A stretch of DNA of 18,049 bases from NCBI GenBank assembly GCA_964510165.1, contig CAZEBC010000056.1, positions 2,293-20,341 of the forward strand. Direction: 5' to 3'. The first letter of the stretch is position 1. Each line of letters begins with the position of its first letter. Of this stretch, positions 9,554 to 17,717 are shown piece by piece. The DNA is from an uncultured bacterium (GTDB taxonomy: Bacteria; Abyssobacteria; SURF-5). The notes below the pieces were generated by a model. It did not search any database and was not told the DNA's origin. It saw nothing but the letters and a program-made list of their open reading frames with translations. The position numbers were made by a program, and so were the translations under genes.

Positions 9554-10537
9554 TTGAAGATAAGCGACACGATCCACCTGATTCGAACGCCCACACCGTT
9601 CTCTGTCGGTCACGTCAACTGTTACCTCATCGAAGACGAGCCGCTCACACTCATTGATTCGGGCCTGAAGACCGAGGAAGCCGAGTCGGCTCTGCGCTCG
9701 GGGCTGGCGCGGCTGGGTTATGTTTTTGGGGACATCGAGCAAGTGGTGATCACACATGCCCATTTTGACCACTATGGGCTGATGGGGACCATCGCCGCCG
9801 AGGGTGACCCCCAAGTGCTGGCGCATCCTTTGGAGGTCCACGACCTGCAGAATCCTGCGGGCTATGCCTCGGATGACGAGAGATACGACCGTGTGGAGAA
9901 ATTCCTCGTCAAGTCGGGGCTTCCCTTGCGCCTGCTCGAGTCAATCCTGTTCCGCCATCCGATATTGAATCAATTGCGAGACCCCGTGGTTGTGACGCAT
10001 ACCATCGAGAACGGCGAACGCATCGCTTTGAGAACCATGGAATTTCTCGTGATTCACTGTCCGGGCCATTCGGCGGGAATGGTCAACCTTCTTGACCTTT
10101 CTTCCCGAACCCTGTTTTCCGGCGACAATATCCTGAAGCACATAAGTCCCGTTCCGCTCCTGAATTTCCCGAGAAATCCCTCGGAACCGCGTGCCCACAG
10201 CCTCGCCGATTATCTGGCCACCCTGCAACGGCTGAAGACGCTCTCCGTCGGCGCTGTTTTGCCCGGCCATGGCGAACCCATCGAGAATCCGCGTGATGTC
10301 ATAGAGGGAATAATGCTTCACCACAAAGCGAGGAAAGAAAAGGTCCTTCGATTCCTCGACGGCTCGCCGAAGACGGCTTTCGAGGTGTGCGGCCACTTAT
10401 TCCCCGACGTTGACCCCTATCAGGTATACTTGGGCATGTCGGAGGCGGTTGGTCATCTTGACCTCCTCGAGACCGAGGGGATTGTCAAGGCGGAGGAGAC
10501 GGACGGCACGATTCGATACGCATCGCGAAAGGACTAG
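9554..10537 (+). CDS. MBL-fold metallo-hydrolase with a probable C-terminal winged-helix-like extension
   Basis: PTPFSVGHVNCYLI, LIDSG, THAHFDHYG (HxHxDH), PGHSAG, FSGD, LPGHG and C-terminal SEAVGHLDLLE. TTG start. Confidence 0.9.
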   Translation: MKISDTIHLIRTPTPFSVGHVNCYLIEDEPLTLIDSGLKTEEAESALRSGLARLGYVFGDIEQVVITHAHFDHYGLMGTIAAEGDPQVLAHPLEVHDLQNPAGYASDDERYDRVEKFLVKSGLPLRLLESILFRHPILNQLRDPVVVTHTIENGERIALRTMEFLVIHCPGHSAGMVNLLDLSSRTLFSGDNILKHISPVPLLNFPRNPSEPRAHSLADYLATLQRLKTLSVGAVLPGHGEPIENPRDVIEGIMLHHKARKEKVLRFLDGSPKTAFEVCGHLFPDVDPYQVYLGMSEAVGHLDLLETEGIVKAEETDGTIRYASRKD

Positions 10538-10600
10538 ACCTGCAATTCAGGGAGCTTCGGCCGGGTCGCCCTCCGCAAATCGCCTAAATGATTAGACGGC

Positions 10601-10628
10601 TTGATTTTTTGGCGGCAAATTGTATAAT
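10601..10628 (+). promoter_or_regulatory. Putative sigma70 promoter for the HEAT / kinase operon
   Basis: TTGATT (10601-10606), 16 bp spacer, TATAAT (10623-10628), in an AT-rich intergenic region. Confidence 0.6.
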
Positions 10629-10662
10629 AAAAATAGCGTATTGACGAGAGGGGGTTCTATTT

Positions 10663-10680
10663 TTAGTAAAATATTACTAA
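10663..10680. promoter_or_regulatory. Perfect inverted repeat TTAGTAA-N4-TTACTAA, candidate operator
   Basis: 7-bp arms at 10663-10669 and 10674-10680, between the putative promoter and ATG 10693. Confidence 0.5.
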
Positions 10681-10692
10681 GATAAAACACCC

Positions 10693-11943
10693 ATGAGTCT
10701 TCCGAAGACGACATATTCGGCACTGGCAATCTTCTTAGGCGTCATCGCGGCTTTCCCTCAGAAAATTCTTACGGCTGAGCAAGCCACGAGTCGTGTGTTG
10801 ATCGCCCAGAGTCAGGCGCCGCTTCTGGTGAACGTTGCCTCACCCACCAAAGACCTCATACACGCGCTTGAACACTCGGACCTGAAGTATCAGCGCCGTT
10901 ATGCCGCCGAACTGCTCGGAGGCCGGGACGAAACGGCCCTGCCCGCGCTTCTCTTAGCGCTAAAAGACCCCGAGGAAGTGGTTCAACTGGCGGCCGCCGA
11001 ATCGCTGGCGAAAATCGGAACCGCATCGATCTTTCCCGAGTTGGTCGAGAATCTGTCCAGTTCTCGGCCGACTGTCCGCAAATACTCCGCGTATGTTCTG
11101 GGCAGAAAGGCCAAGAATACGGACCAGGAGGTAGTCCTGGCGCTCGAGGCTCTGACGGCTGACCCAGTTGACAATGTCCGGGCGGAGGTGTTCTATGCGC
11201 TGTGCGAAATAAGCTCCGTATCAAGCCGCGATATCTTCATTCAGGGTCTTAACGATTCGGATACCAGAGTCAGGCGCTATTCGGCGGCAGCGTTGGGAAA
11301 GATCAAGGGGAGCGACGCGAGCCGGGCGCTTGCCTTCGCGCTCCAGCGCGAGACAAGTGAAGATGTCAGGCGCATGATAGCCTCAGCGCTTGGAAAGGTG
11401 GGAAGCTCCAGCTCGGTCGACGCTCTTATTGACGCTCTTCCGCTCGAGACGCCGGCAGTCAGGATTGATATCGCGACCGCACTCGGCGAGGCGAAAACTC
11501 CCAGGGCCATCACCGCGTTGACGGAACTACTCATTGATGACTCCAATGCTCAGGTTCGGGAAAAGGCAGCCATAGCGCTCCGGGACGCCAAGGCGCAATC
11601 CGCCGTCGAATCGCTCGCCAAGGCCCTCAAGGACCGCGCAGTAATCGTGCGCCGGCCAGCCTCCGAGGCGCTTATTGACCTGGCGGATACTTCGGTTGCC
11701 GACCAGTTAGTCGATGCGCTGGATGATACGGACGACATTGTGGCCGACAATGCGACCGTCGCACTGATCAAGCTTAATAGCCTCGACTCGGTTCACGGTC
11801 TGATCGAAATGCTCGAGAACCCAAACAGCCGGGCAAGAGAACGGGCAATCCGGGCATTGGAGGAAATCACCCTCAGACCCTACGGGGCAAATATCGAGAA
11901 ATGGAAGAAGTGGTACGATGAATTCTTCAGAATCGGCGGTTGA
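10693..11943 (+). CDS. HEAT/PBS-repeat protein with a possible N-terminal signal peptide
   Basis: About 11 repeats of the type L..L.D....VR..AA.ALG. Hydrophobic N-terminus (YSALAIFLGVIAAF) and C-terminal cap EKWKKWY. Confidence 0.88.
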   Translation: MSLPKTTYSALAIFLGVIAAFPQKILTAEQATSRVLIAQSQAPLLVNVASPTKDLIHALEHSDLKYQRRYAAELLGGRDETALPALLLALKDPEEVVQLAAAESLAKIGTASIFPELVENLSSSRPTVRKYSAYVLGRKAKNTDQEVVLALEALTADPVDNVRAEVFYALCEISSVSSRDIFIQGLNDSDTRVRRYSAAALGKIKGSDASRALAFALQRETSEDVRRMIASALGKVGSSSSVDALIDALPLETPAVRIDIATALGEAKTPRAITALTELLIDDSNAQVREKAAIALRDAKAQSAVESLAKALKDRAVIVRRPASEALIDLADTSVADQLVDALDDTDDIVADNATVALIKLNSLDSVHGLIEMLENPNSRARERAIRALEEITLRPYGANIEKWKKWYDEFFRIGG

Positions 11944-12701
11944 GCGAGGAAGGTGACCGGGTGAAGGAGAACGAATTGGAAACGCAAATGACGGCGCGTA
12001 TGTTGTCCAACCTTGTTACCTGTCAGAAACTCGCGCTTCTGGGCCGGCTGTCCTCGAGCATCACCCACGAAGTCAATAATCACCTTACGGGCGTGACCGG
12101 CTACGCGCAACTGCTGCTCACGCAAGACCGTGCGCAGGCTATCGCCCGCGAGCTTGACAAGATAAACGCTTCGGCCAATAGATGCCAGAAGCTCATCGCT
12201 GATTTCAAACGTTTCGCGCGGTTTGGGGGCGCCGAACTCGAGTTCAACAACATAAACCTTATCGTAAAAGACTCTCTCGATATACTGCGGCACCAGTTCA
12301 GCAAGAAGACCATTCACGTGGTCGAAGACTACTGTCCCGACGTTCCGCCCACGGAAGTTGACACCCCGAGCTTGGAGCAGGCCTTTCTCAACATAATCCA
12401 GAACGCTCTTGAAGCGCTTGACGAAAAAGAGAACGGCAAACTGTGCGTAACGACTTCGCTCGATGGAGACAAGGTCACCGTGACATTCAAGGATGACGGA
12501 GCGGGCCTGACCGATGAGGCGCTGGCAAATCTGTTCTCTCCATTTTTCACGACCAAGTCGGCCCTGCGATGTATCGGCCTTGGACTCGCCGTCGCGAAGA
12601 CGCTGATCGAACGGCATGGCGGCCGGATTGAAGTGTCCAATTCTCCCGAGTGTGGAGCGTGCGTGAAAGTGAGCTTGCCGTGTCCGCGCGCGGCTGGTTA
12701 A
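11940..12701 (+). CDS. Histidine kinase core (HisKA + HATPase_c, NtrB-like) with no sensor or TM domain
   Basis: QKLALLGRLSSSITHEVNNHL (H box), LNIIQNALEA (N), DDGAGL (G1), FSPFFTTK (F) and CIGLGL (G2). The TTG start overlaps the HEAT gene stop; an alternative ATG is at 11988. Confidence 0.9.
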   Translation: MSEEGDRVKENELETQMTARMLSNLVTCQKLALLGRLSSSITHEVNNHLTGVTGYAQLLLTQDRAQAIARELDKINASANRCQKLIADFKRFARFGGAELEFNNINLIVKDSLDILRHQFSKKTIHVVEDYCPDVPPTEVDTPSLEQAFLNIIQNALEALDEKENGKLCVTTSLDGDKVTVTFKDDGAGLTDEALANLFSPFFTTKSALRCIGLGLAVAKTLIERHGGRIEVSNSPECGACVKVSLPCPRAAG

Positions 12702-12718
12702 AAGGAGTGCCTGACGAG

Positions 12719-12943
12719 ATGAAGATTACAACCGAGATGATCGAAAATTTCCTCAAGAGTCTGGAGTGCCGATATGAGCGTGAAAAGATGTCCCTGGCCG
12801 GCGTGGAAAACGTGGAAATACGCCTGTTCAATCATGCCACCGGCGAACAAGCTGCGAGGCTCGAATTCATAAACAATATTCTCACGAAAGTTGATTATTG
12901 GGATCAGGAGAAAAAGACCATCGAAACGATCGAGTGGCGCTGA
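12719..12943 (+). CDS. Hypothetical 74-aa protein
   Basis: AAGGAG lies just after the kinase stop. MKITTEMIENFLKSLECRYERE...TIETIEWR has a globular-looking composition and fills the gap before the convergent gene. Confidence 0.68.
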   Translation: MKITTEMIENFLKSLECRYEREKMSLAGVENVEIRLFNHATGEQAARLEFINNILTKVDYWDQEKKTIETIEWR

Positions 12944-12959
12944 CCCGGCCATTTCTCCA

Positions 12960-13844
12960 CTATCCGCTCGCCAAAGAAGACCTCTTCCCGACGAGCTCTG
13001 AGTAGTTGGTCAAGTTGAACCCCGCCTTATCGATTGCCTTGCGCACCCGCGCGGAGCACAATGCAGATAATTCTTCGGTCCATTTATACCCCCAAGGGTG
13101 ATTCCGACTTAGTTGGATGTCATCGAGTCCCGGGTGGCAGAGCAGCTCCACTACACCGTGGGGAAGGTTCAGCAGCATTCTCTCGATTTTCTTTTCGGAG
13201 AGACGGCCGGCGCACTCGATGCCGGCGTAGCAATCGGCAAACTTCAGCCCCGTCCCCGCAGCCACCGGCGCATTGCGGACCCCAAGCTTCTTGACGATTT
13301 CCCCTTTAAGCCATTTGCTCACGCCCGCGGTTTCCCGCCCCATGCGACTGACGGGCAACCGCACCCATTGCACGTGATATTTACGAGCCAGTTCAACGAC
13401 AACGCGAAAGACGGCCGGACAGAGGTGAATGTGTTGGTGGCTGTCGATATGGGAAATGCGCAACCCGGCCGATTGAATTCTCTCAAGCTGTGCATCGAGC
13501 TCCATCTTGATGTGCGAGATCTTTACAAACCCCAGTACAATCCTCGCGGACAAAGTGGCGGGGTTCTGAGAAAACAGGCCGTCTCCTCTCACGAGTGAAG
13601 GAACCTCTGTCGGCGCAAGCACGGGGCCGCCGTACAGCGAGGGGCCGCGAGTCAGGCAGAGATGCGCGCCTATTCCCAAGGTCGGGGTCTCCCGTGCGAG
13701 AGACGCCGCGTTGTGGAATGCTCTCCCATTGACGATGAGAGAAGCCGACGTGACGACTCCGCGCCGATGAGCCTCTATGACGGCGGCGTTAACCTCATCC
13801 TCGAGGCCGAAGTCATCGGCGTTTACTATCAGATACCTGGCCAT
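12960..13844 (-). CDS. ChbG/HpnK (YdjC-family) carbohydrate deacetylase
   Basis: LIVNADDFGL, GVVTSASLIVNG, GAHLCLT, SHIDSHQHIH, ELLCHPG and EELSAL. Confidence 0.92.
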   Translation of the reverse strand: MARYLIVNADDFGLEDEVNAAVIEAHRRGVVTSASLIVNGRAFHNAASLARETPTLGIGAHLCLTRGPSLYGGPVLAPTEVPSLVRGDGLFSQNPATLSARIVLGFVKISHIKMELDAQLERIQSAGLRISHIDSHQHIHLCPAVFRVVVELARKYHVQWVRLPVSRMGRETAGVSKWLKGEIVKKLGVRNAPVAAGTGLKFADCYAGIECAGRLSEKKIERMLLNLPHGVVELLCHPGLDDIQLSRNHPWGYKWTEELSALCSARVRKAIDKAGFNLTNYSELVGKRSSLASG

Positions 13845-13851
13845 GCTCGCG

Positions 13852-15402
13852 CTACCCGGAAAGCCATCCTTCCAGTTCCAAAGAAGTTACAAGGTACAGC
13901 TCCAGATTTACGCTGCGCCCACGAAACTCCCATATAGGCTCGAATCCGGCGTCAATGCCCACAAACTCGATCTGTCGGACAATATCACCCGTGGCGAAGA
14001 CGGGCCGGCCCTCCGCAAGGCGCCGCTGAGCCAGGTGGAGCGCATCGGTCCTCATCGCGACCTGGCCGGGACTGAACTCAGTGACAAGATAGACCGTTTC
14101 CGGCGGGCGCCCGGAGTTGTAATAGAGCAGCATCGGCTCCAATGCCGTGGTAAACAGGAGATTTGTGCCCACAATATCACCTATCGTTTCCGCGATCACC
14201 TTGTCCTCGTTCACTCGCGCGAGATAGAGGAGCTCGGGCAAGCTGGGGATCAATGAAGCGCCAACGAGGAGCACGCACGCGAGCGTCTTTGCCGGATTCG
14301 GAAAGCGCATGCGAAGCCTCAGCCTCTCATCGATCCGATCAGCGCCTGCAAAGCAAAGAATGACAAACGGCGGCAGCAGCGCCAGAAAATATCTGTGCAT
14401 GGAGTACATGCCGGTATAGAAGAAATATCCGACCACAATCCAGCCAAGTCCGAACGCGGCTGTGAACCAACTGCGGGTCGCCACCAGCGCCGCACAGCCG
14501 AGAATCGCCAGCGCAATCAGGGCGACGGTCAGCGACTCGACCCCGATCAGGGTGGTGCTCTTGATGTATCTCCCGAATTCATAATAGGTGAACAGGAACC
14601 TGCCGGAAAAAGACCGGAGATGTTCTATCAATGCAGGCCTGTAGACGAGCGCAAGACAAAGCACGAACCCGAGCAGCGCAAACGGCATCAGCCTCAAGAG
14701 AGCAGGGACCTTGCCGCGCCGTCTGACCTCGCGGAGAAGCAGCGCGATAAGCGGCGCCGCCAGGAACATCGCCCCGATCGGCCTGGCGGCCCATGTGGCG
14801 CCCAGACAGAAACCGCCCGCGGCAGCGGTCAGTCGTTGAGGTTTCGCGAAGGTCCTCTCAAACAGATGGAGACTCCACAGTGCAAACGTGAATCCCACGA
14901 TTTCATGGGAGAGATAGGTGGAGAACTTGACGAAGCAGGGCGAAAGCATAAGGGCCGCGGTGGCAAAAGCAGGCGCGCCCGAGGCGGGACTGGTCAATCG
15001 CTCGATTAGGCGGTAAAACGGCCAGATACTCGCGGCGCCAAGCAGAACCGCAATCGTGTTCAATGCGAGCGTCTGCTCCAGTCCCAGGCCGAAGGCCACT
15101 CGGGTGGCCGCCACAAAGACATACATGGTGAGAGGATGGTCCCAGTAGGAGGAATACACGCCCTCGTGCAGGTACTTAAGGGCGGAAAGCGCCTCCCGGT
15201 AGGAATCTGGCTCGCCCATGTTGGGCCTCATAAAGAAAAGGCCCGCTACGAGACAGAAGCCAGTGAGGATGAGCGGAACGACGGCGCGTGTATTCACTTC
15301 GTTTGCATGCGGGGCTGATATCGCCAAGGTCGGACTGGGACTGACTTGGCGGTTGTTTTCTGAATTGGCGTCGGGCTCCATGCGGTTCCGGGGCGCATTC
15401 AA
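13852..15402 (-). CDS. Polytopic membrane protein, probable GT-C fold glycosyltransferase (PMT/ArnT-like, divergent)
   Basis: Acidic first-loop motif GEPDSY..., DHPL, many TM helices, RP motif, RYFLALLP and a soluble C-terminal domain. The TTG start overlaps the GT2 stop; an alternative ATG is at 15381. Confidence 0.72.
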   Translation of the reverse strand: MNAPRNRMEPDANSENNRQVSPSPTLAISAPHANEVNTRAVVPLILTGFCLVAGLFFMRPNMGEPDSYREALSALKYLHEGVYSSYWDHPLTMYVFVAATRVAFGLGLEQTLALNTIAVLLGAASIWPFYRLIERLTSPASGAPAFATAALMLSPCFVKFSTYLSHEIVGFTFALWSLHLFERTFAKPQRLTAAAGGFCLGATWAARPIGAMFLAAPLIALLLREVRRRGKVPALLRLMPFALLGFVLCLALVYRPALIEHLRSFSGRFLFTYYEFGRYIKSTTLIGVESLTVALIALAILGCAALVATRSWFTAAFGLGWIVVGYFFYTGMYSMHRYFLALLPPFVILCFAGADRIDERLRLRMRFPNPAKTLACVLLVGASLIPSLPELLYLARVNEDKVIAETIGDIVGTNLLFTTALEPMLLYYNSGRPPETVYLVTEFSPGQVAMRTDALHLAQRRLAEGRPVFATGDIVRQIEFVGIDAGFEPIWEFRGRSVNLELYLVTSLELEGWLSG

Positions 15403-16169
15403 CTGCGGCTGGAGTTGAACGCGCGCCTCATGATGTATTTGGACATCTCATACAGAATCTTTATGATGATTGAGGGGGTCGCGAGTGTGGACTCCCCGGC
15501 GGTTCGAGGGTAGTACATAATGGGGATTTCGCGGATGCGCGCGCCCAGCCGTTTCGCTTCGATGAGCATCTCGGCGTCGATGAACGACCCCTCCGAGCGA
15601 AGGTCCAGCCTCTGCAAAAGGTCCCGCTTGATCATCTTATAAGAGAAGTTGACATCGCGCACGTCCAGACGGAACAGAGCGCGTATCATCATGTTATAGA
15701 CTGCGGTGTAGATGATGCGCTTCACGGAGGGCTCCCGGGTCAGGCGCGCTCCGTTGACAAGGTCATATTCCGCCATGAGGGGAATGGCCTTCTTGATGTC
15801 CTTCATGTCGATCGGATTGTCCGAATCGGTCAGGAAGACCAGTTCCTTTCGCGAAGCCGCGATGCCGTCCCTGAGCGTCCTTCCAAATTTGTAGTTTCTC
15901 TCGTGATGGATCACTCTCAGGTTGGGGATACGTTTCGCCATTTCGTCCAGTATCTGGCCGGTCCCATCGGTGCTGGCGTCATCGACGATAATGATCTCGA
16001 AATCGTCACACGCATCCTGAAGCACTTCGAGGGTCGAACTGACTGCCCTGTCTATGTTTTCCTTCTCGTTGTATGCGGGCATTACCACCGAAATGCTCGG
16101 CCGAACCCTGTCTTCCCCCAAGCGAGACTCTCCACAAGTGTGTAGGGGCACGGCGCGCCGTGCCCTCAC
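15399..16169 (-). CDS. GT2 polyprenyl-phosphate glycosyltransferase (DPM1/ArnC-like)
   Basis: ISVVMPAYNEKENI, EIIIVDDASTDGT, DxD (TDSD), DLVNGAR, DVNFSYK, FIDAEML and EIPI.Y.PR.AGES. The exact start is uncertain. Confidence 0.92.
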   Translation of the reverse strand: MRARRAVPLHTCGESRLGEDRVRPSISVVMPAYNEKENIDRAVSSTLEVLQDACDDFEIIIVDDASTDGTGQILDEMAKRIPNLRVIHHERNYKFGRTLRDGIAASRKELVFLTDSDNPIDMKDIKKAIPLMAEYDLVNGARLTREPSVKRIIYTAVYNMMIRALFRLDVRDVNFSYKMIKRDLLQRLDLRSEGSFIDAEMLIEAKRLGARIREIPIMYYPRTAGESTLATPSIIIKILYEMSKYIMRRAFNSSRS

Positions 16170-16224
16170 TCACTCAGAACGTGCTGAATCTGACAACAAC
16201 GGGACACCCTCAAAATCGTAATAA

Positions 16225-16254
16225 ATGATACATGGACGGGGACTCACAAGTCAA
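16225..16254 (-). promoter_or_regulatory. Putative sigma70 promoter for the GT2 / GT-C / YdjC operon
   Basis: Minus strand: TTGACT (16254-16249), 18 bp spacer, TATCAT (16230-16225). Confidence 0.6.
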
Positions 16255-16376
16255 GGACGCATGAGTGTTTTCCTGCGCCTGCCCAATGGCATAACCCAAA
16301 CCGCAGGGATGCCCCTGAATGGGCGCCCGAGCCGCCAAACAGAGCCGCCCTTACAAGATTCGTATATCCCGGGTAA

Positions 16377-17351
16377 TCAGTGGGAGTGTCCTTCGGTGGA
16401 ATGTAAGTGCGGCGCGTCGGCGTGTTCGGGGCTGAAGTTCACGTGGGATATCTGAAACCTCTCGAGTAAAGGCCTTTCAAGACGCCGGAAGACATCGAGG
16501 CACTCGCTGACGCGGAAATTGTCGCGGAAGACGAGATGGGCGGTCATAGAGTACATCTGCGAGGTAATTTCCCAGATGTGAATGTCGTGCACATCCGAGA
16601 CCTCGGGGGCCTCCTGTCGTATAGCCTCGAGCACTTTCTCTATGTCCACGTGCTTGGGAGCAGTCTCGAGGAGGATATTTATCGATTCCTTGAGGAGATT
16701 GTAGCTCCACACGAAGATGACGGCGGCGATGAGGATGCTTAAGAGCGGGTCAATGACATACCATTTCTTGAAGTAGATCACAATCGAACCAATGACGATG
16801 CCTGCCGACGACGCCGTGTCGCCGACCATATGCAGGAATGCGCTCCGCACGTTGATGTCGGTCTTGCCGACCTCGAGCAGGATGAATGCGCTCGCCACGT
16901 TCACCAGCAAGCCGACCACCGCGACGATCATCATCGGCAACTCCTTGATCGGCTCGGGATGCAGCAGCCGTTGGGACGCCTCGTAGAAGATGTAGACAAG
17001 TATGAAGAAAAGCGTGACCCCATTGAAGAGGGCGGCCAAGACCTCTACCCGATACAGGCCGAAACTGCGGTGGGGGCGGGTGGGCATTGACGCGATTTTG
17101 ATGGCAATGAGGCTGACGGACAACGCGAAGAAGTGAGTGAGCATGTGGCCGGCATCGCTGAGGAGCGCAAGGCTGCCTGTAAGTATTCCGCCGCCGACCT
17201 CGATCCCCATGGTCGAACCCGTCAGCGCCATCGTGAGGATCAGGCGTTTCCGCTCGACGGCCCGGTGCAAATGGCGATGCTCGCGCTCCCCGTGCTGGTC
17301 GTGCTCGTGAAAATGGGGAATCGTAGATAGCGGCCGGTGAAAGTGTATCAT
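16377..17351 (-). CDS. Cation diffusion facilitator (CDF) metal exporter, CzcD-like with His-rich termini
   Basis: GSLALLSDAGHM, SFGLYRVEVLAALFNG, DINVRSAFLHMVGD, IDPLLS and VHDIHIWEI. Nine His in the first 29 residues and a His-rich C-terminal tail. Confidence 0.93.
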   Translation of the reverse strand: MIHFHRPLSTIPHFHEHDQHGEREHRHLHRAVERKRLILTMALTGSTMGIEVGGGILTGSLALLSDAGHMLTHFFALSVSLIAIKIASMPTRPHRSFGLYRVEVLAALFNGVTLFFILVYIFYEASQRLLHPEPIKELPMMIVAVVGLLVNVASAFILLEVGKTDINVRSAFLHMVGDTASSAGIVIGSIVIYFKKWYVIDPLLSILIAAVIFVWSYNLLKESINILLETAPKHVDIEKVLEAIRQEAPEVSDVHDIHIWEITSQMYSMTAHLVFRDNFRVSECLDVFRRLERPLLERFQISHVNFSPEHADAPHLHSTEGHSH

Positions 17352-17361
17352 GTGAGGACTG

Positions 17362-17655
17362 CTAAGACTCCTCTATCTCCGTAATCGGCTTTTTGGTAAA
17401 CAGGTAATCTTTCATCTCTTTGGCAAATTCGGAATCGTTGCGCCTGATCCATTCCATGAGCATGGCGGCGTGTTCCTTTTCCTCGTCCCTGTTGTGCCTG
17501 AGGATCTCTTTCAGCGCCTTGTCGTCGGTGGCGTCGATGCGCTGCTGATACCAGTCCATGGCTTCTATTTCTTCCTTGAGCGACATCCATGCGCGATGCA
17601 AATCCTGCGATAACTTCGTAAGCTTCTCATACGGTTCGTGATACGCGCCGGCCAT
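17362..17655 (-). CDS. Encapsulated ferritin-like protein (EncFtn/Flp family), 97 aa
   Basis: YHEP.E.L...DLHRA..SL.EE.EA.DWYQQR.DA..D..LKEIL.HNRDEEKEHAAML.EW.RR.D...DYLFT..PI is the EncFtn signature. AAGGAG RBS. Confidence 0.92.
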   Translation of the reverse strand: MAGAYHEPYEKLTKLSQDLHRAWMSLKEEIEAMDWYQQRIDATDDKALKEILRHNRDEEKEHAAMLMEWIRRNDSEFAKEMKDYLFTKKPITEIEES

Positions 17656-17717
17656 CGTCGGTCTCCTTTCATCCGGTCTTCAGCCCCGCTCCCTCGCCAA
17701 ACAGATCATTCCGCACA

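Noticed and set aside
9554..10537. Antibiotic-resistance metallo-beta-lactamase
   Set aside because: No signal peptide, and the C-terminal extension fits generic cytoplasmic MBL-fold hydrolases.
12960..13844. Hopanoid biosynthesis cluster (hpnK)
   Set aside because: No hpnI/hpnJ/shc context in the window, so only a family-level call is supportable.
16290..16376. GC-rich short repeats (GAGCCGCC x2, GGGCGCCC) after the CDF gene as a terminator, ncRNA or CRISPR remnant
   Set aside because: No clean stem-loop with a U-tract and no regular repeat-spacer pattern.
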